Assembly (NCBI GenBank): GCA_963725865.1
Contig: CAVSAC010000014.1
Location: 1,600,001 to 1,664,000 of the forward strand
Length of the DNA: 64,000 bases
Source: Candidatus Eiseniibacteriota bacterium
Lineage (GTDB): Bacteria; Eisenbacteria; RBG-16-71-46
Direction: 5' to 3'
Each line of letters opens with the position of its first letter. The first letter of the stretch is position 1. The notes under the pieces were generated by a model, which worked only from the letters and a program-made list of their open reading frames with translations, was not told the DNA's origin and did not search any database. A program made the position numbers and the translations under genes. Positions 10,477 through 20,587 of this stretch are shown piece after piece.

Positions 10477-10920
10477 CTCGGTCCGACGGTCGGGCGTGAG
10501 GCCGGGAGATCGAGATCCCGGCCCCGCCGATCGTGGGAGCCCCGTGTCAGCGAAGGTCTGTCCGGCCTGCGATCGACGACCGGGTCTCATCGGATCCCGT
10601 TGAGGCTTGATGCATCTGGAGTTCGAACCGTGGGCCGCCCCGGGCGGCCGGGCGGCTTGGAGGATTTCCGAACATATTCCTTGAGAGGTTCCGTCCTTAC
10701 GGGATATCCTACTAGCGCTAGGAACGGGCCGAGTTGCCATCTCCTTTCCGAGCACTGCGTCGGCCGCCAGCACGTGTTGCGCGCAAGAAGCCGTGACCTC
10801 CCGCGAGACACGCGAGCGAAACCATCCGTCCGTGCCGATCGAGCGTCGACCCGCTCGGCGGTGGCGCCGTCCCGAATGGGCGCGTCGTAGGGAACTTCGA
10901 CGTCGAGTGGAGGTGCATCC

Positions 10921-11616
10921 ATGGATCGTCACGCTACCCCGTTCGTTGCAGCTGTTCTCGCCCTGATGCTGGGTGCATCTGCGGCGTCCGCCGCCGCGCT
11001 TCGAGTCCCGCAGATCCCGGTCAACGGCACTTCCCTGCAGACCTACCTGAACGGCGTCGGCGAGTCGATCAATGTGCCGACCGACCAAGCGGACGCCCAG
11101 GAATGGGCCTCGACCGTCTCGGGCAACTCCACGTTCACGATGATGATCGAGCTGGCGGGCTACGCCGCGAGCAACAAGGTGGGCGTCTACAACGGCGATG
11201 CGGTCTCCCCGTCGCTCTTCCAGGTCTTCCCGGGCGCGGCGGACGCGGGTTGGTTCGCGATCGCGTCGTTCAAGCCGGGCAACAAGCTGATCGTGAACCT
11301 GTTCGACGCGACCGCCACGCTGCAGAGCACGACCACCTATCTGGGCGTGAACTCGCAGGACTTCGGATTCTATCTGAAGGGTCCTGGCGGCACGTTCTAC
11401 ACCCAGGACGTCCGCAACGGCGGTGGCCTGGCGCAGGCGATCACCTTCGCCGCCACGGGCGGCAACGCGGGTTCGTGGTGGCTGGCGTTCGAGGACCTGC
11501 CGCGCAGTGGCGTCAGCGACGCCGACTTCAACGATGCCGTGCTGTTCCTGGAGTCGATCAATCCCACGCCCGTCGGCACCACCACCTGGGGCGGCCTGAA
11601 GTCGCGCTACCGCTGA
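10921..11616 (+). CDS. Secreted DUF4114-like protein with C-terminal TWGGLKSRYR motif
   Basis: Signal peptide; AFEDL....DADFND motif typical of DUF4114; terminal motif; GGAGG RBS. Confidence 0.8.
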   Translation: MDRHATPFVAAVLALMLGASAASAAALRVPQIPVNGTSLQTYLNGVGESINVPTDQADAQEWASTVSGNSTFTMMIELAGYAASNKVGVYNGDAVSPSLFQVFPGAADAGWFAIASFKPGNKLIVNLFDATATLQSTTTYLGVNSQDFGFYLKGPGGTFYTQDVRNGGGLAQAITFAATGGNAGSWWLAFEDLPRSGVSDADFNDAVLFLESINPTPVGTTTWGGLKSRYR

Positions 11617-11641
11617 TCCGCGCTTCGTCCGGCGATGGTTT

Positions 11642-11671
11642 CGAGAGGCCCCGCAATCGCGGGGCCTCTCG
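11642..11671 (+). terminator. GC-rich hairpin (terminator/stability element)
   Basis: CGAGAGGCCCCGC-AATC-GCGGGGCCTCTCG perfect 13-bp stem directly after the stop. Confidence 0.65.
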
Positions 11672-11811
11672 CGTTCGTGCCCGGTGGGGCCGCGAGCCCG
11701 ACAGTCATTGAATACGCCCGGGGTAGGGGCTAGCCTGCGAATGTCCCCTTTGGATCCGCCCGCGCGATGCGGGCGCTTCCCTCGACCCCGATACGCAATG
11801 GAGGTGCGTCT

Positions 11812-12570
11812 ATGCCACGAATCGCGACCCAGGTGTTCTTCGCGCTCCTCGTCCTCGCGGCCACCGCGAACTTCGCATCCGCGACTGGTCCCACGCCGAC
11901 TCCCGGCATCTACCACTCGATCGATCATCCGGTCACGCCCGGTCTCGTGCTCACCGGCCGCGGCGCCAACTCGTGGATCGGACCTGCCGGTGGCAGCAAT
12001 GGCACCGACGCCGTGTTCAACGCCGCCTCGTTCATCGGTGCGATCCAGGGCGGTCAGGATGTCTCGGGACTCGGCACCCAGTGGATCTGGTCCTGCGGCA
12101 TCGCCGACGCGCCCCACTCGATCGTGGACCAGCGCGTGGGCGGCAACGGTCCGGTGTTCTACACGCAGCACTTCACGGGCGGCCATTTCTGGCTCTCGAA
12201 GGACGGTCCGTGGGGCGACACCGTCAACGACTGGACCGGAATCATCGGCGGCACGACGGAGATCACCACCGTCGAGTACGTGATGATCGGCGGCGTGAGT
12301 ACGCCGGTGCAGTCGCGCGTGAACATCAACTCCGAGGGCACTTTCGATGGCGGCTGCGTGATCCAGTTCGTGATCGCGAACGGCACCGGGGTCGGGGACA
12401 CCGACCTGATGCCGAAGCCGGTCGACTACCCGGACTTCCTGGACCTGGCCTGCGGGGCGACCCGCATCTACGGTTCGTTCGGTCTGATCCAGGACATCAC
12501 GATGCTCATCGACTGCGCGACGCCGGCGCAGCCGCGCACCTGGGGCGCGCTCAAGACGATGTATCGCTAG
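11812..12570 (+). CDS. Secreted hypothetical protein with C-terminal TWGALKTMYR motif (paralog of 9766..10476)
   Basis: Signal peptide MPRIATQVFFALLVLAATANFASA; shared blocks LGT(E/Q)WxxSC, GGxxWLSxxGxW, NINxxGxFxG. Confidence 0.8.
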   Translation: MPRIATQVFFALLVLAATANFASATGPTPTPGIYHSIDHPVTPGLVLTGRGANSWIGPAGGSNGTDAVFNAASFIGAIQGGQDVSGLGTQWIWSCGIADAPHSIVDQRVGGNGPVFYTQHFTGGHFWLSKDGPWGDTVNDWTGIIGGTTEITTVEYVMIGGVSTPVQSRVNINSEGTFDGGCVIQFVIANGTGVGDTDLMPKPVDYPDFLDLACGATRIYGSFGLIQDITMLIDCATPAQPRTWGALKTMYR

Positions 12571-12593
12571 TCCGTCCCTCGACGTTGACCAGG

Positions 12594-12621
12594 CGGGGCC
12601 TCGCGCGAGCGGGGCCCCGTT
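12594..12621 (+). terminator. Hairpin after the third TWGxLKxxYR gene
   Basis: CGGGGCCTCGC-GCGA-GCGGGGCCCCG stem with GNRA loop, followed by TT. Confidence 0.5.
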
Positions 12622-12649
12622 CTGCTCCGGCCGCACGGCGCGGTGGCGA

Positions 12650-12678
12650 TTGACAGGCCCCGGCGCGGTTCCTAGATT
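12650..12678 (+). promoter_or_regulatory. sigma70-type promoter of the two-component operon
   Basis: TTGACA-17bp-TAGATT. Confidence 0.65.
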
Positions 12679-12687
12679 GCGCGCGGC

Positions 12688-14091
12688 GTGCCGTTCGAGC
12701 TCGCGCGCCGTCGCCTCAGCCCGGAGGGGAACCTGCAGCGGACCATCTCCGCCACCGTGATGTTCGCCGTCGCGGCCGTCGTCGCGACCGCTCTGCTGGC
12801 GGCGATCTCCTACCGCGGCGTGCATGGCGCGCTGGAGGCCGAGTTCTCGCGTCGGATCGCCGCAGCGGCTGCCGCCACCGCCGCGCAGATCAGCCCCGAG
12901 GACATCGCGGATGCGCGCCTGCTGGGCGAGGACGGTCCCGGCTATGCCGTTCTGCAGGTGCAGCTGGAGGGTCTGCGCGTCAGCGCCGGCCTCACGGATG
13001 CCTCGGCGTTCGACAGCGCACGCGTCACGCTCTACGACTGCCAGGACTCCGAGGCGGCGCGCGAGGTCACGCACCTCGACACGCTGGCGCGCGCGGAGGT
13101 CCTGCGAGCGCTCGCAGGCCGGCCGGCGCTGACTCGCGCCTACGCGCGCGCGGGCTCGCCCCATCGCGCAGCGTTGGCGCCCGTTTTCGGCGGGGATCGA
13201 CGGGTCGCCGGCGTGGTGGTGGTCGAAGCGCGGCTGGACTACCTGCCCGTGCTCGAGCGCTTCAAGCGCACGCTGGCGCTCGCCGCCTTGCTGGTCGCGC
13301 TCGCGATGACGGTCCTGGCGCTGGTGGTGGCGCGCGCCGCGCAGACCTCCGCGCGCCTGGAGCGCCAGCTCTCACGCTCGGAGAACCTCGCCGCGATGGG
13401 TCGCCTGACCGCGACGCTGGCGCATGAGATCAAGAACCCGCTCGCCATCATCCGCGGCTCCGCGCAGCGCCTGGGCCGGCTCGCTCCGGAGGCGCAGCGC
13501 ATGGCCGACTACGTGGTCGAGGAGACCGACCGACTCACGGCGACGGTCGCGCGCTACCTCCAGTTCGCGCGTGGCGAGACCGAATCGGGTGGCACCGGCG
13601 ACGCGGCGCTGGCGCTCGGCGCCACCCTCGACCTGCTCGAGGGCGAGGTCCACGCGCGCCGGGTCACGCTCGTGCGCCCCACGGGTGGTCCCGCGTCGGC
13701 GCCCGTGCCACTCGACAACGAGTCCTTGAAACAGGTCTACTTGAACCTGATGCTCAACGCGCTCGATGCCATGGCGGACGGTGGGACGCTCACGATCGCC
13801 ATGGCCGAGCGCGGCGGTGACGTCGAGGTGGGGATCACCGACACCGGACCGGGCATGCCGTCCGAGTTGGTGCGGCGGCTGGGCGATCCGTTCTTCACCA
13901 CCAAGGCGAAGGGCTCGGGGCTCGGACTGTTCCTGACCCGCGGGCTCGTGCAGTCGGCGGGTGGCAGGCTGGAGATCCGCAGCGTGCTCGGTCGGGGAAC
14001 CGAGTGCACGATCCGGCTTCCGCGCGTGCGCGGCGCGGGCGCGGCCCCGGCATCGCGCGAGGCCGGCAGCCACGGAGAGGACGCGACGTGA
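12688..14091 (+). CDS. Membrane sensor histidine kinase (NtrB/ZraS-like)
   Basis: Two TM helices, LAHEIKNPL H-box, NLMLNALDA N-box, DTGPGM, PFFTTK, GSGLGL. Confidence 0.93.
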   Translation: MPFELARRRLSPEGNLQRTISATVMFAVAAVVATALLAAISYRGVHGALEAEFSRRIAAAAAATAAQISPEDIADARLLGEDGPGYAVLQVQLEGLRVSAGLTDASAFDSARVTLYDCQDSEAAREVTHLDTLARAEVLRALAGRPALTRAYARAGSPHRAALAPVFGGDRRVAGVVVVEARLDYLPVLERFKRTLALAALLVALAMTVLALVVARAAQTSARLERQLSRSENLAAMGRLTATLAHEIKNPLAIIRGSAQRLGRLAPEAQRMADYVVEETDRLTATVARYLQFARGETESGGTGDAALALGATLDLLEGEVHARRVTLVRPTGGPASAPVPLDNESLKQVYLNLMLNALDAMADGGTLTIAMAERGGDVEVGITDTGPGMPSELVRRLGDPFFTTKAKGSGLGLFLTRGLVQSAGGRLEIRSVLGRGTECTIRLPRVRGAGAAPASREAGSHGEDAT

Positions 14092-15482
14092 AGGTCCTGG
14101 TGGTCGACGACGAGGTGCGCAACGCGGAACTGACCGCGCTCGAGCTGCGCGAGGCCGGGCACGATACGGAGTTCGTGAACGGCGGTGCCGCGGCGCTGAA
14201 GCGCCTCGCCGCCGGCGACATCGCGGCCGTGGTCACTGACCTGCGCATGGCGCCGCCCGACGGCCTGGCGCTGCTCGAGGAGGCCCGTCGCCGCTGGCCT
14301 GGAACGATCGTCGTGCTGATGACCGCGTACGCCAGCATGGAGACCGCGCGCCGGGCGCTCACGATGGGCGCCTACGACTACGTCGACAAGGCCGGTGAGT
14401 TCCGCGCCGAGCTGCGCGCGATCCTCGACAAGGCGGCGCGCGAACGGGCGCTGAGCGCCGAGAACCGCGCGATCAAGAAGAGCTTCGCGCCGGTCGTGGG
14501 CGACTCCCCGGCCGTCCAGCACGCGCTCGAGCTGGCGCGCAAGGTCGCGGCCACCGACTCCAACGTGCTGCTGCGCGGTGAGAGTGGCACCGGCAAGGAC
14601 CTGTTCGCGCGCACCATCCACCTGAGCAGCAGGCGGGCGTCGGGCCCGTGGGTCAAGGTGAACTGCGGCGCCCTGCCGGAGGCGCTGCTCGAGAGCGAGC
14701 TGTTCGGACACGAGAAGGGCGCGTTCACGGGTGCCATCCGCCAGAAGCCCGGGCGCTTCGAGGATGCCGACGGCGGCACGCTGTTCCTCGACGAGATCGG
14801 GGAGCTGCCGCTCGCGCTCCAGGTGAAGCTGCTGCAGGTCATCGAGGAGAAGACGTTCCTCCGCGTCGGCGGCAACACCCCGATCTGCGTCGACGTGCGC
14901 ATCGTCGCCGCCACGAATCGAGACCTCGAGACGATGACACGTGAGCGTACGTTTCGCGAGGACCTGTTCTTCCGCCTGAACGTGTTCCCGATCGTGCTCC
15001 CACCGCTCCGCGAGCGGCCCGACGATGTGGCGCGGCTGACCTCGTTCTTCCTGCGCCGTCTTGGCGTGCCGGACGATCACGTGACGCCCGCCGCACTGCA
15101 GGCGCTCGAACGCCACGGATTCCCGGGTAACGTGCGCGAGCTCGAGAACGTGCTCGAGCGCGCGCTCATCCTGGCCGGCAGCGACCCGATCGATCTCGAG
15201 CACCTGGCGTTCGGCGGCGCGCCGTCGCCGAACGCCGCCGGCGCGTCCGGCGTGCCCGCGTGGGTGCCGGCGATCCCGCCCGACGGGCTATCGCTCGAGG
15301 TGCTCGAACGCGAGCTGATCGTGCAGGCGCTCGAGCGCGCACGCGGCAACAAGAGCCAGGCCGCGCGCCTGCTCGGGCTCACGCGGCGTACGCTCTACTC
15401 GCGCATGGAACGCCACGGGCTGCGACGGCCCGGTGAGGGCGACGACGCCGGCGACGACGAGGGTGCGGGAGGCGAGGCATGA
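14088..15482 (+). CDS. Sigma-54-dependent response regulator (NtrC family: REC-AAA+-Fis HTH)
   Basis: [45 protein letters not shown] start overlaps the kinase stop. Confidence 0.95.
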   Translation: MKVLVVDDEVRNAELTALELREAGHDTEFVNGGAAALKRLAAGDIAAVVTDLRMAPPDGLALLEEARRRWPGTIVVLMTAYASMETARRALTMGAYDYVDKAGEFRAELRAILDKAARERALSAENRAIKKSFAPVVGDSPAVQHALELARKVAATDSNVLLRGESGTGKDLFARTIHLSSRRASGPWVKVNCGALPEALLESELFGHEKGAFTGAIRQKPGRFEDADGGTLFLDEIGELPLALQVKLLQVIEEKTFLRVGGNTPICVDVRIVAATNRDLETMTRERTFREDLFFRLNVFPIVLPPLRERPDDVARLTSFFLRRLGVPDDHVTPAALQALERHGFPGNVRELENVLERALILAGSDPIDLEHLAFGGAPSPNAAGASGVPAWVPAIPPDGLSLEVLERELIVQALERARGNKSQAARLLGLTRRTLYSRMERHGLRRPGEGDDAGDDEGAGGEA

Positions 15483-16135
15483 ATCTCATCCGTGGGCTGC
15501 TGTTCGACAACCTCGGGCTCAAGCTGGTCGCGCTGCTGATGGCCGTGCTGGTCTACCTGAACGTGTACACGGACCGCCCCGCCACCATGCTGGTGTCGTT
15601 CCCGGTCCAGGTCACCGACCTCGCGGATTCGCTCACGCTCACCGGACCGGTGCCCGGCGTGGTGCAGGCCGAGCTCAAGGCCACCGGCAAGATGCTCATC
15701 CGCATCCGGCTCAGCGAGCCCTCGCTGCCGGTGTCGCTCGCGAGCGTGGAGCGCGGACGCTACGAGCGCACCATCGCCGCGGCCGACCTGCCGCTCGCTT
15801 CGTTCCCCGGCGTCGAGGTGGTGCGCGTCGTGGGGCCGCGCATGCTGGAGCTGGAGATCGACCGCCGGGTGAAGCTGCGACTGCCGGCCGCCGCGCGGCT
15901 CGAAGGCCCGGGCGCGGCGGGCCCGCTGTCCGTCGTGGTCCAGCCTGCGATCGTCACGATCAGTGGGCCGGAGTCCGCGATCGGGGACCTCGACAGTCTG
16001 GTGCTCGACCCGGTGCGGCTCGACGCCCGCCACGGCGTCGTGCGTGTGCAGGTGGCGCCCGCCAGCCTGCCGGAGTGGTGCCTGGCCGATCCGCCAGTCG
16101 TGACCGTGGTGGTCGCGCCGCGTTCCGCGCGCTGA
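15479..16135 (+). CDS. YbbR/CdaR-like domain protein
   Basis: N-terminal NLGLKLVALLMAVLVY anchor, VQPAIVTISGPES YbbR-like motif; ATGA overlap with the regulator. Confidence 0.75.
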   Translation: MNLIRGLLFDNLGLKLVALLMAVLVYLNVYTDRPATMLVSFPVQVTDLADSLTLTGPVPGVVQAELKATGKMLIRIRLSEPSLPVSLASVERGRYERTIAAADLPLASFPGVEVVRVVGPRMLELEIDRRVKLRLPAAARLEGPGAAGPLSVVVQPAIVTISGPESAIGDLDSLVLDPVRLDARHGVVRVQVAPASLPEWCLADPPVVTVVVAPRSAR

Positions 16136-16572
16136 GCGCGCTTCGCGGTGAAATGCGGAGCGCCCCGGCATGCGTGCCCGGAGCGCTCCCTGGTTCATCG
16201 TGATGGCGGGGCCGAGTGCCGCGCTAGGAGATGGCAGGCTCGGTTGGTGGGACGCGACCCTCGGCGCGCCGCCACCCGACGTCATGGCAACCGATGTGCC
16301 AGCCGCGGCGAGCTCCCACGGGGCGGGCTGGCGCCGCCCACGGCGCCACATTAGCGCGCGTCGAGCGCCTGAGTGACCGCGCGTCCGCCGCCTGCCCGCT
16401 GCACGACGCACGCGCACGCCAAGCGCCTCGCAAGGTCCGCCGGCCCCACCGGCGCACGTTCGACCGAGTGCGTCCCGCGCGCGCGACGCGACCGCGCGCG
16501 CCGCGGGGGCGTGCAGCGTGCACGCCCGGCGCGAGATCGCCCATCGCGACCATGGGTCGGCCTCCCGCGAGG

Positions 16573-17718
16573 TCAGCGGGCCGGCGCGCGGAGGTCGCCG
16601 AGCGGCTCCACTCGAGCCGCCTTCGCCACCTCGAGCGCGCGGCCGAGGGCGCGCTTCTCGTCCTCGTCGGTCGATTTCGCGATCAGATGCTCGAGCGCGC
16701 TCACGTGCGCCACCACCAGCGCCGAGTCGGTGGAGCAGGGCAGGTCCGGCAGCACCCCGGAGCCCTCCCAGTTGGTGTGCGAGATCGGGTTGCGCGCCCG
16801 ACCGTTGGAGATGAATGCGGCGAAGTGCTCCGAGAGCCGCACGAACCCGCCCGGATTGGCGGCTCCGATCGTGGTGTCGCCGACGAGCGTGGCGCGCGCG
16901 AGGTTCTTGAGGTTGTAGCTGAACTCCTCGGCCGCCGACCCGGTGCGAGCGCTGGTGAGCACGAACACCTCCTTGCCCGTGTAGCGGCTGCCGGGCACCC
17001 ACGGCAGCGTGTGGTACTGCTCCTCGCGCTCGTGGCCGCCGTCGCGCATGACGAGGTCGTTGAGGTGGGTGCGGTCGTCGTCGGGGAACAGGTAGCTCGA
17101 CAGCAGCGCCACCATCTCGGGGCTGCCGCCGCCGTTGCGGCGCACGTCGATGATGAGGGCATCCGTGTGCGCGAGCAGGTTCATCGCGGCCACGGCCGCG
17201 GCGCCGGCCGCGGGCGTCGCCGGCGCGAACTGGCGCACCTCCAGGTAGCCGATGTTGCCGGCCAGCCGCTCGGCCCGCTCGAATCCGAAGTTGGTGCGCT
17301 CCGCCTGGCGCGTCAGCCGGCGCAACTCCTCGGGTGGCGGCGGACCCTCGCGCTGGAGCATTGGAATCGGCTCGTATCGGTAGCCGACCCGGAAGTGCCG
17401 GTCGTGTCCCACGCGGCGCAGCAGGATCGTGAGCGTGTCGGCGAAGGCCTCGGCGCTGCCGATTCGATCGAACGCGCCGCCGCGCTCGCGTCGTCGCAGT
17501 TCGCGCTCGAGATCCCGCGCCACCGCCGGGAACACGTAGTTCGCGTTCAGCGCCGCGATCAGCGAGTCCAGCACCGCGTGCCGGACCGCCGTGTCGACCG
17601 TCATGTCGGGCTGGTCCTGCGCCGGCGGCGCCAGTTGGGCGCGTGCGGGGCAGACCGGGTGCAGGGCGAGCGCGAGCGCGATCCAGACTGGGGCGAGGAC
17701 CGGGGAGCGAGGACGCAC
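16573..17718 (-). CDS. S41 family peptidase (IRBP-like), secreted
   Basis: NIGYL, IIDVRRNGGG, TGSAAEEFSY, VGDTTIG, WEGSGVLPD; GTG start with GGAGG RBS. Confidence 0.9.
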   Translation of the reverse strand: MRPRSPVLAPVWIALALALHPVCPARAQLAPPAQDQPDMTVDTAVRHAVLDSLIAALNANYVFPAVARDLERELRRRERGGAFDRIGSAEAFADTLTILLRRVGHDRHFRVGYRYEPIPMLQREGPPPPEELRRLTRQAERTNFGFERAERLAGNIGYLEVRQFAPATPAAGAAAVAAMNLLAHTDALIIDVRRNGGGSPEMVALLSSYLFPDDDRTHLNDLVMRDGGHEREEQYHTLPWVPGSRYTGKEVFVLTSARTGSAAEEFSYNLKNLARATLVGDTTIGAANPGGFVRLSEHFAAFISNGRARNPISHTNWEGSGVLPDLPCSTDSALVVAHVSALEHLIAKSTDEDEKRALGRALEVAKAARVEPLGDLRAPAR

Positions 17719-17883
17719 GGGGACCTCCTGGTCGAAGGTGGCGACATCGGCGGACGGTGCTTGGACCGCCCGGACGCGGGGGCGGTTGCACGCTTCGCGC
17801 GTCATCCCGCCAGCGCGGCGACACCGGGTCCGAGCGCGGTGCCGCGTTCCCGTTGCGCGACGCGCGACCGCCGCGGCAAGGCC

Positions 17884-17912
17884 TTGACACCCCCGGGAGC
17901 CGCCCCTACTCT
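17884..17912 (+). promoter_or_regulatory. sigma70-type promoter of rho, preceding a long C-rich leader
   Basis: TTGACA-17bp-TACTCT, about 290 bp before the rho ATG. Confidence 0.7.
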
Positions 17913-18198
17913 TCCTGCCGTGCCGGGTGGCATGGTTCCCGAGACCCCCGGCTCGCTATCGCGGCGCCCACGCTCGTGCCCCGGGTCCCGCTGAACTCCC
18001 CGACATTCCGCAGCGGCCGCCAAACGGCGTCCAGCCTCACCCATACCACCGAGGGATCCGCTCCAGTCGCACCGAGTCCTTCACCCCCACACGGACCACC
18101 CAGACCCACCGGGACGCGCCGCTTGCGCGACGCCACACCCGGACCGGGCGCCGCCGCTCCCGCGGACTCCACGGCCCCCGCCCCAAGAAGGCACGACG

Positions 18199-19491
18199 AT
18201 GGACACCGAAGCTACTCCGCAGGTCACGAGCAACGCGCAGACCATGGAGCTCACGGAGCTCAAGGGCAAGACCATCTCCGAGCTGCTCCGACTCTGCCAG
18301 GAGTTGGAGGTGCAGGGGACGAGCGGGCTGCGCAAGCAGGAACTCATCTTCAAGATCCTCGAGGCGCAGACCCAGAAGAACGGTCTGATCTTCGCCGAGG
18401 GGGTGCTCGAGATCCTGCCCGAGGGTTACGGCTTCCTTCGATCGCCGACCTACAACTACCTGCCGGGACCGGACGACATCTACGTGTCGCCGTCCCAGAT
18501 CAAGCGCTTCGACCTGCATACCGGCGACACCGTCTCCGGACAGGTGCGGCCGCCCAAGGAAGGCGAGCGCTACTTCGCGCTGTTGCGCGTCGAGGCGGTG
18601 AATTTCGAGAGCCCGGAGGCGGCGAAGGAGAAGATCCTCTTCGACAACCTCACGCCGCTCTACCCGCAGGAGAAGCTCAGCCTCGAGACCAAGGACCGCT
18701 GCCTCGAGACGCGCATCATCGACCTGCTGTGCCCGTTCGGCAAAGGCCAGCGCGCGCTCATCACCTCGCCGCCCAAGGCCGGCAAGACGATCCTGCTCCA
18801 GAAGATCGCGAACGCGATCACCGAGAACCACCCGGAGTGCGTGCTGATCGTGCTGCTGATCGACGAGCGCCCCGAGGAGGTCACCGACATGCAGCGCACG
18901 GTGAAGGGCGAAGTGGTCTCGTCGACGTTCGACGAGCCCGCGGAGCGCCACGTGCAGGTTGCGGACATGGTGATCGAGAAGGCCAAGCGGCTGGTCGAGC
19001 ACAAGAAGGACGTGGTGATCCTGCTCGACTCCATCACCCGCCTCGCGCGCGCCCACAACACCGTGGTGCCGCACTCGGGCAAGATCCTCTCGGGCGGCGT
19101 CGACGCGAACGCGCTCCAGCGCCCGAAGCGCTTCTTCGGCTCTGCGCGCAACGTCGAGGAGGGCGGCTCGCTCACCATCATCGCGACCGCGCTGATCGAG
19201 ACCGGCTCGCGCATGGACGAGGTGATCTTCGAGGAGTTCAAGGGTACCGGAAACTCCGAGCTGGTGCTGGACCGCAAGATCTCCGACAAGCGCATCTTCC
19301 CCGCGATCGACATCAACAAGTCGGGCACGCGCAAGGAGGAGCTGCTGATGTCGCCGGACGTGCTCCAGCGCGTGTGGATCCTGCGCAAGTTCCTCAACGA
19401 GCTGAGCCCGGTCGAGGCGATGGAGTTCCTGACGTCCAAGCTCTCCGACACCAAGACCAACAAGAAGTTCCTCGAGGGCATGAATTCGTAG
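18199..19491 (+). CDS. rho: Transcription termination factor Rho
   Basis: [49 protein letters not shown]. Confidence 0.99.
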   Translation: MDTEATPQVTSNAQTMELTELKGKTISELLRLCQELEVQGTSGLRKQELIFKILEAQTQKNGLIFAEGVLEILPEGYGFLRSPTYNYLPGPDDIYVSPSQIKRFDLHTGDTVSGQVRPPKEGERYFALLRVEAVNFESPEAAKEKILFDNLTPLYPQEKLSLETKDRCLETRIIDLLCPFGKGQRALITSPPKAGKTILLQKIANAITENHPECVLIVLLIDERPEEVTDMQRTVKGEVVSSTFDEPAERHVQVADMVIEKAKRLVEHKKDVVILLDSITRLARAHNTVVPHSGKILSGGVDANALQRPKRFFGSARNVEEGGSLTIIATALIETGSRMDEVIFEEFKGTGNSELVLDRKISDKRIFPAIDINKSGTRKEELLMSPDVLQRVWILRKFLNELSPVEAMEFLTSKLSDTKTNKKFLEGMNS

Positions 19492-19557
19492 CGGGCGAGC
19501 GTACCCCGCCGCCTCGGCACCGCGGCGGACCGGGCGCGGGGGAGCAGAGGTGAACTC

Positions 19558-19914
19558 GTGATCGGCGGCAGCCACCTGATCGTCTACACCCAGGATGCCG
19601 AGGCCGATCGCGCGTTCTTCCGCGACGTGCTGCAGCTGCCGAGCGTCGACTCCGGCGGGGGCTGGCTGATCTTCGCGTTGCCACCGAGCGAACTCGCGTT
19701 CCATCCGTCCGCGGATAACGACGCGCACGAGCTCTACCTCATGTGCGCCGACCTGCAGGCGACGCTCGACCGGCTGATCGCACGCGGGGTCCGCTGCGAT
19801 CCGCCGCAGGAGGAGCGCTGGGGCAGGCGCACCGCGATCCACCTGCCCGGCGGCGGGCGCATCGGCCTCTATCAGCCCAAGCACCCGACCGCGGTCCCGC
19901 TCGGCACCCCCTGA
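19558..19914 (+). CDS. VOC/glyoxalase family protein
   Basis: DRAFFRDVL, GWLIFALPPSELAFHP, ERWGR, GLYQPKHP. Confidence 0.85.
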   Translation: MIGGSHLIVYTQDAEADRAFFRDVLQLPSVDSGGGWLIFALPPSELAFHPSADNDAHELYLMCADLQATLDRLIARGVRCDPPQEERWGRRTAIHLPGGGRIGLYQPKHPTAVPLGTP

Positions 19915-20019
19915 GTCGGCCGCCCGCGATGGAACGGGTCGCCGCTGCGCGGCGATCCCGGTCGCGGTACCATGCCGGCTCCCGTGCCGCGCTTCCGACC
20001 GCCGCGAGGTGACCGCTCC

Positions 20020-20457
20020 ATGAGTGCCCACGCCCCTGTCGAACGCTACGAGCTCGCGCTGCGCGTGGAGCCGTCGGACATCGACGTGCTCGGTCACGTG
20101 AACAACGTCGTGTACGTGCGCTGGGTGCAGGACGTGGCGATCGCGCACTGGCGCACGCTCGCGACGCCCCAGCAGCAGGCGGCGTTGATCTGGGTCGTGG
20201 TGCGCCACGAGATCGACTACAAGAGCCCGGCTCTCCCGGGCGATCAGCTGGTGGCGCGCACCTGGGTGGGCGTCGCGTCTCACCGCACGTTCGAGCGCCA
20301 CACCGAGATCCTGCGCCCGGCCGACGGCCGGCTGCTGGCGCGCGCCCGCACGCTGTGGTGCCCGCTCGATCCGGTGACGTTCCGGCCGATGGTGGTGGGC
20401 GACGACGTGCGGGAACGGTTCTCGGTGCCGCGAGGCCACCAGGAGGATGAGGCGTGA
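20020..20457 (+). CDS. Acyl-CoA thioesterase (4HBT hotdog fold)
   Basis: DIDVLGHVNNVVYVRW, WVVVRHEIDY. Confidence 0.9.
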   Translation: MSAHAPVERYELALRVEPSDIDVLGHVNNVVYVRWVQDVAIAHWRTLATPQQQAALIWVVVRHEIDYKSPALPGDQLVARTWVGVASHRTFERHTEILRPADGRLLARARTLWCPLDPVTFRPMVVGDDVRERFSVPRGHQEDEA

Positions 20458-20587
20458 AGGCGCGGAACGCGCGCCCTGCGGTGCTCGCGAGCGCCCTCGT
20501 GCTCGGGGTCGCCCGGGCCGCGCCGGGCGCCGCCGGCTCCCGGGGGGATCTCGCGACGGCGCGTCCGCTCGCCTGAGGAGGAGATCC

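Noticed and set aside
10600..10680. GTTCGAA followed by GC stems as a possible tRNA
   Set aside because: No cloverleaf, D-arm or CCA end could be built
9465..11811. Sigma-54 (-24/-12) promoters upstream of the TWGxLKxxYR genes, linking them to the adjacent NtrC-type regulator
   Set aside because: No convincing TGGCAC-N5-TTGC match found by eye, so the regulatory link remains speculative
16136..16572. ~440-bp gap between convergent genes with hairpins and short ORFs
   Set aside because: No recognisable ncRNA motif or credible protein
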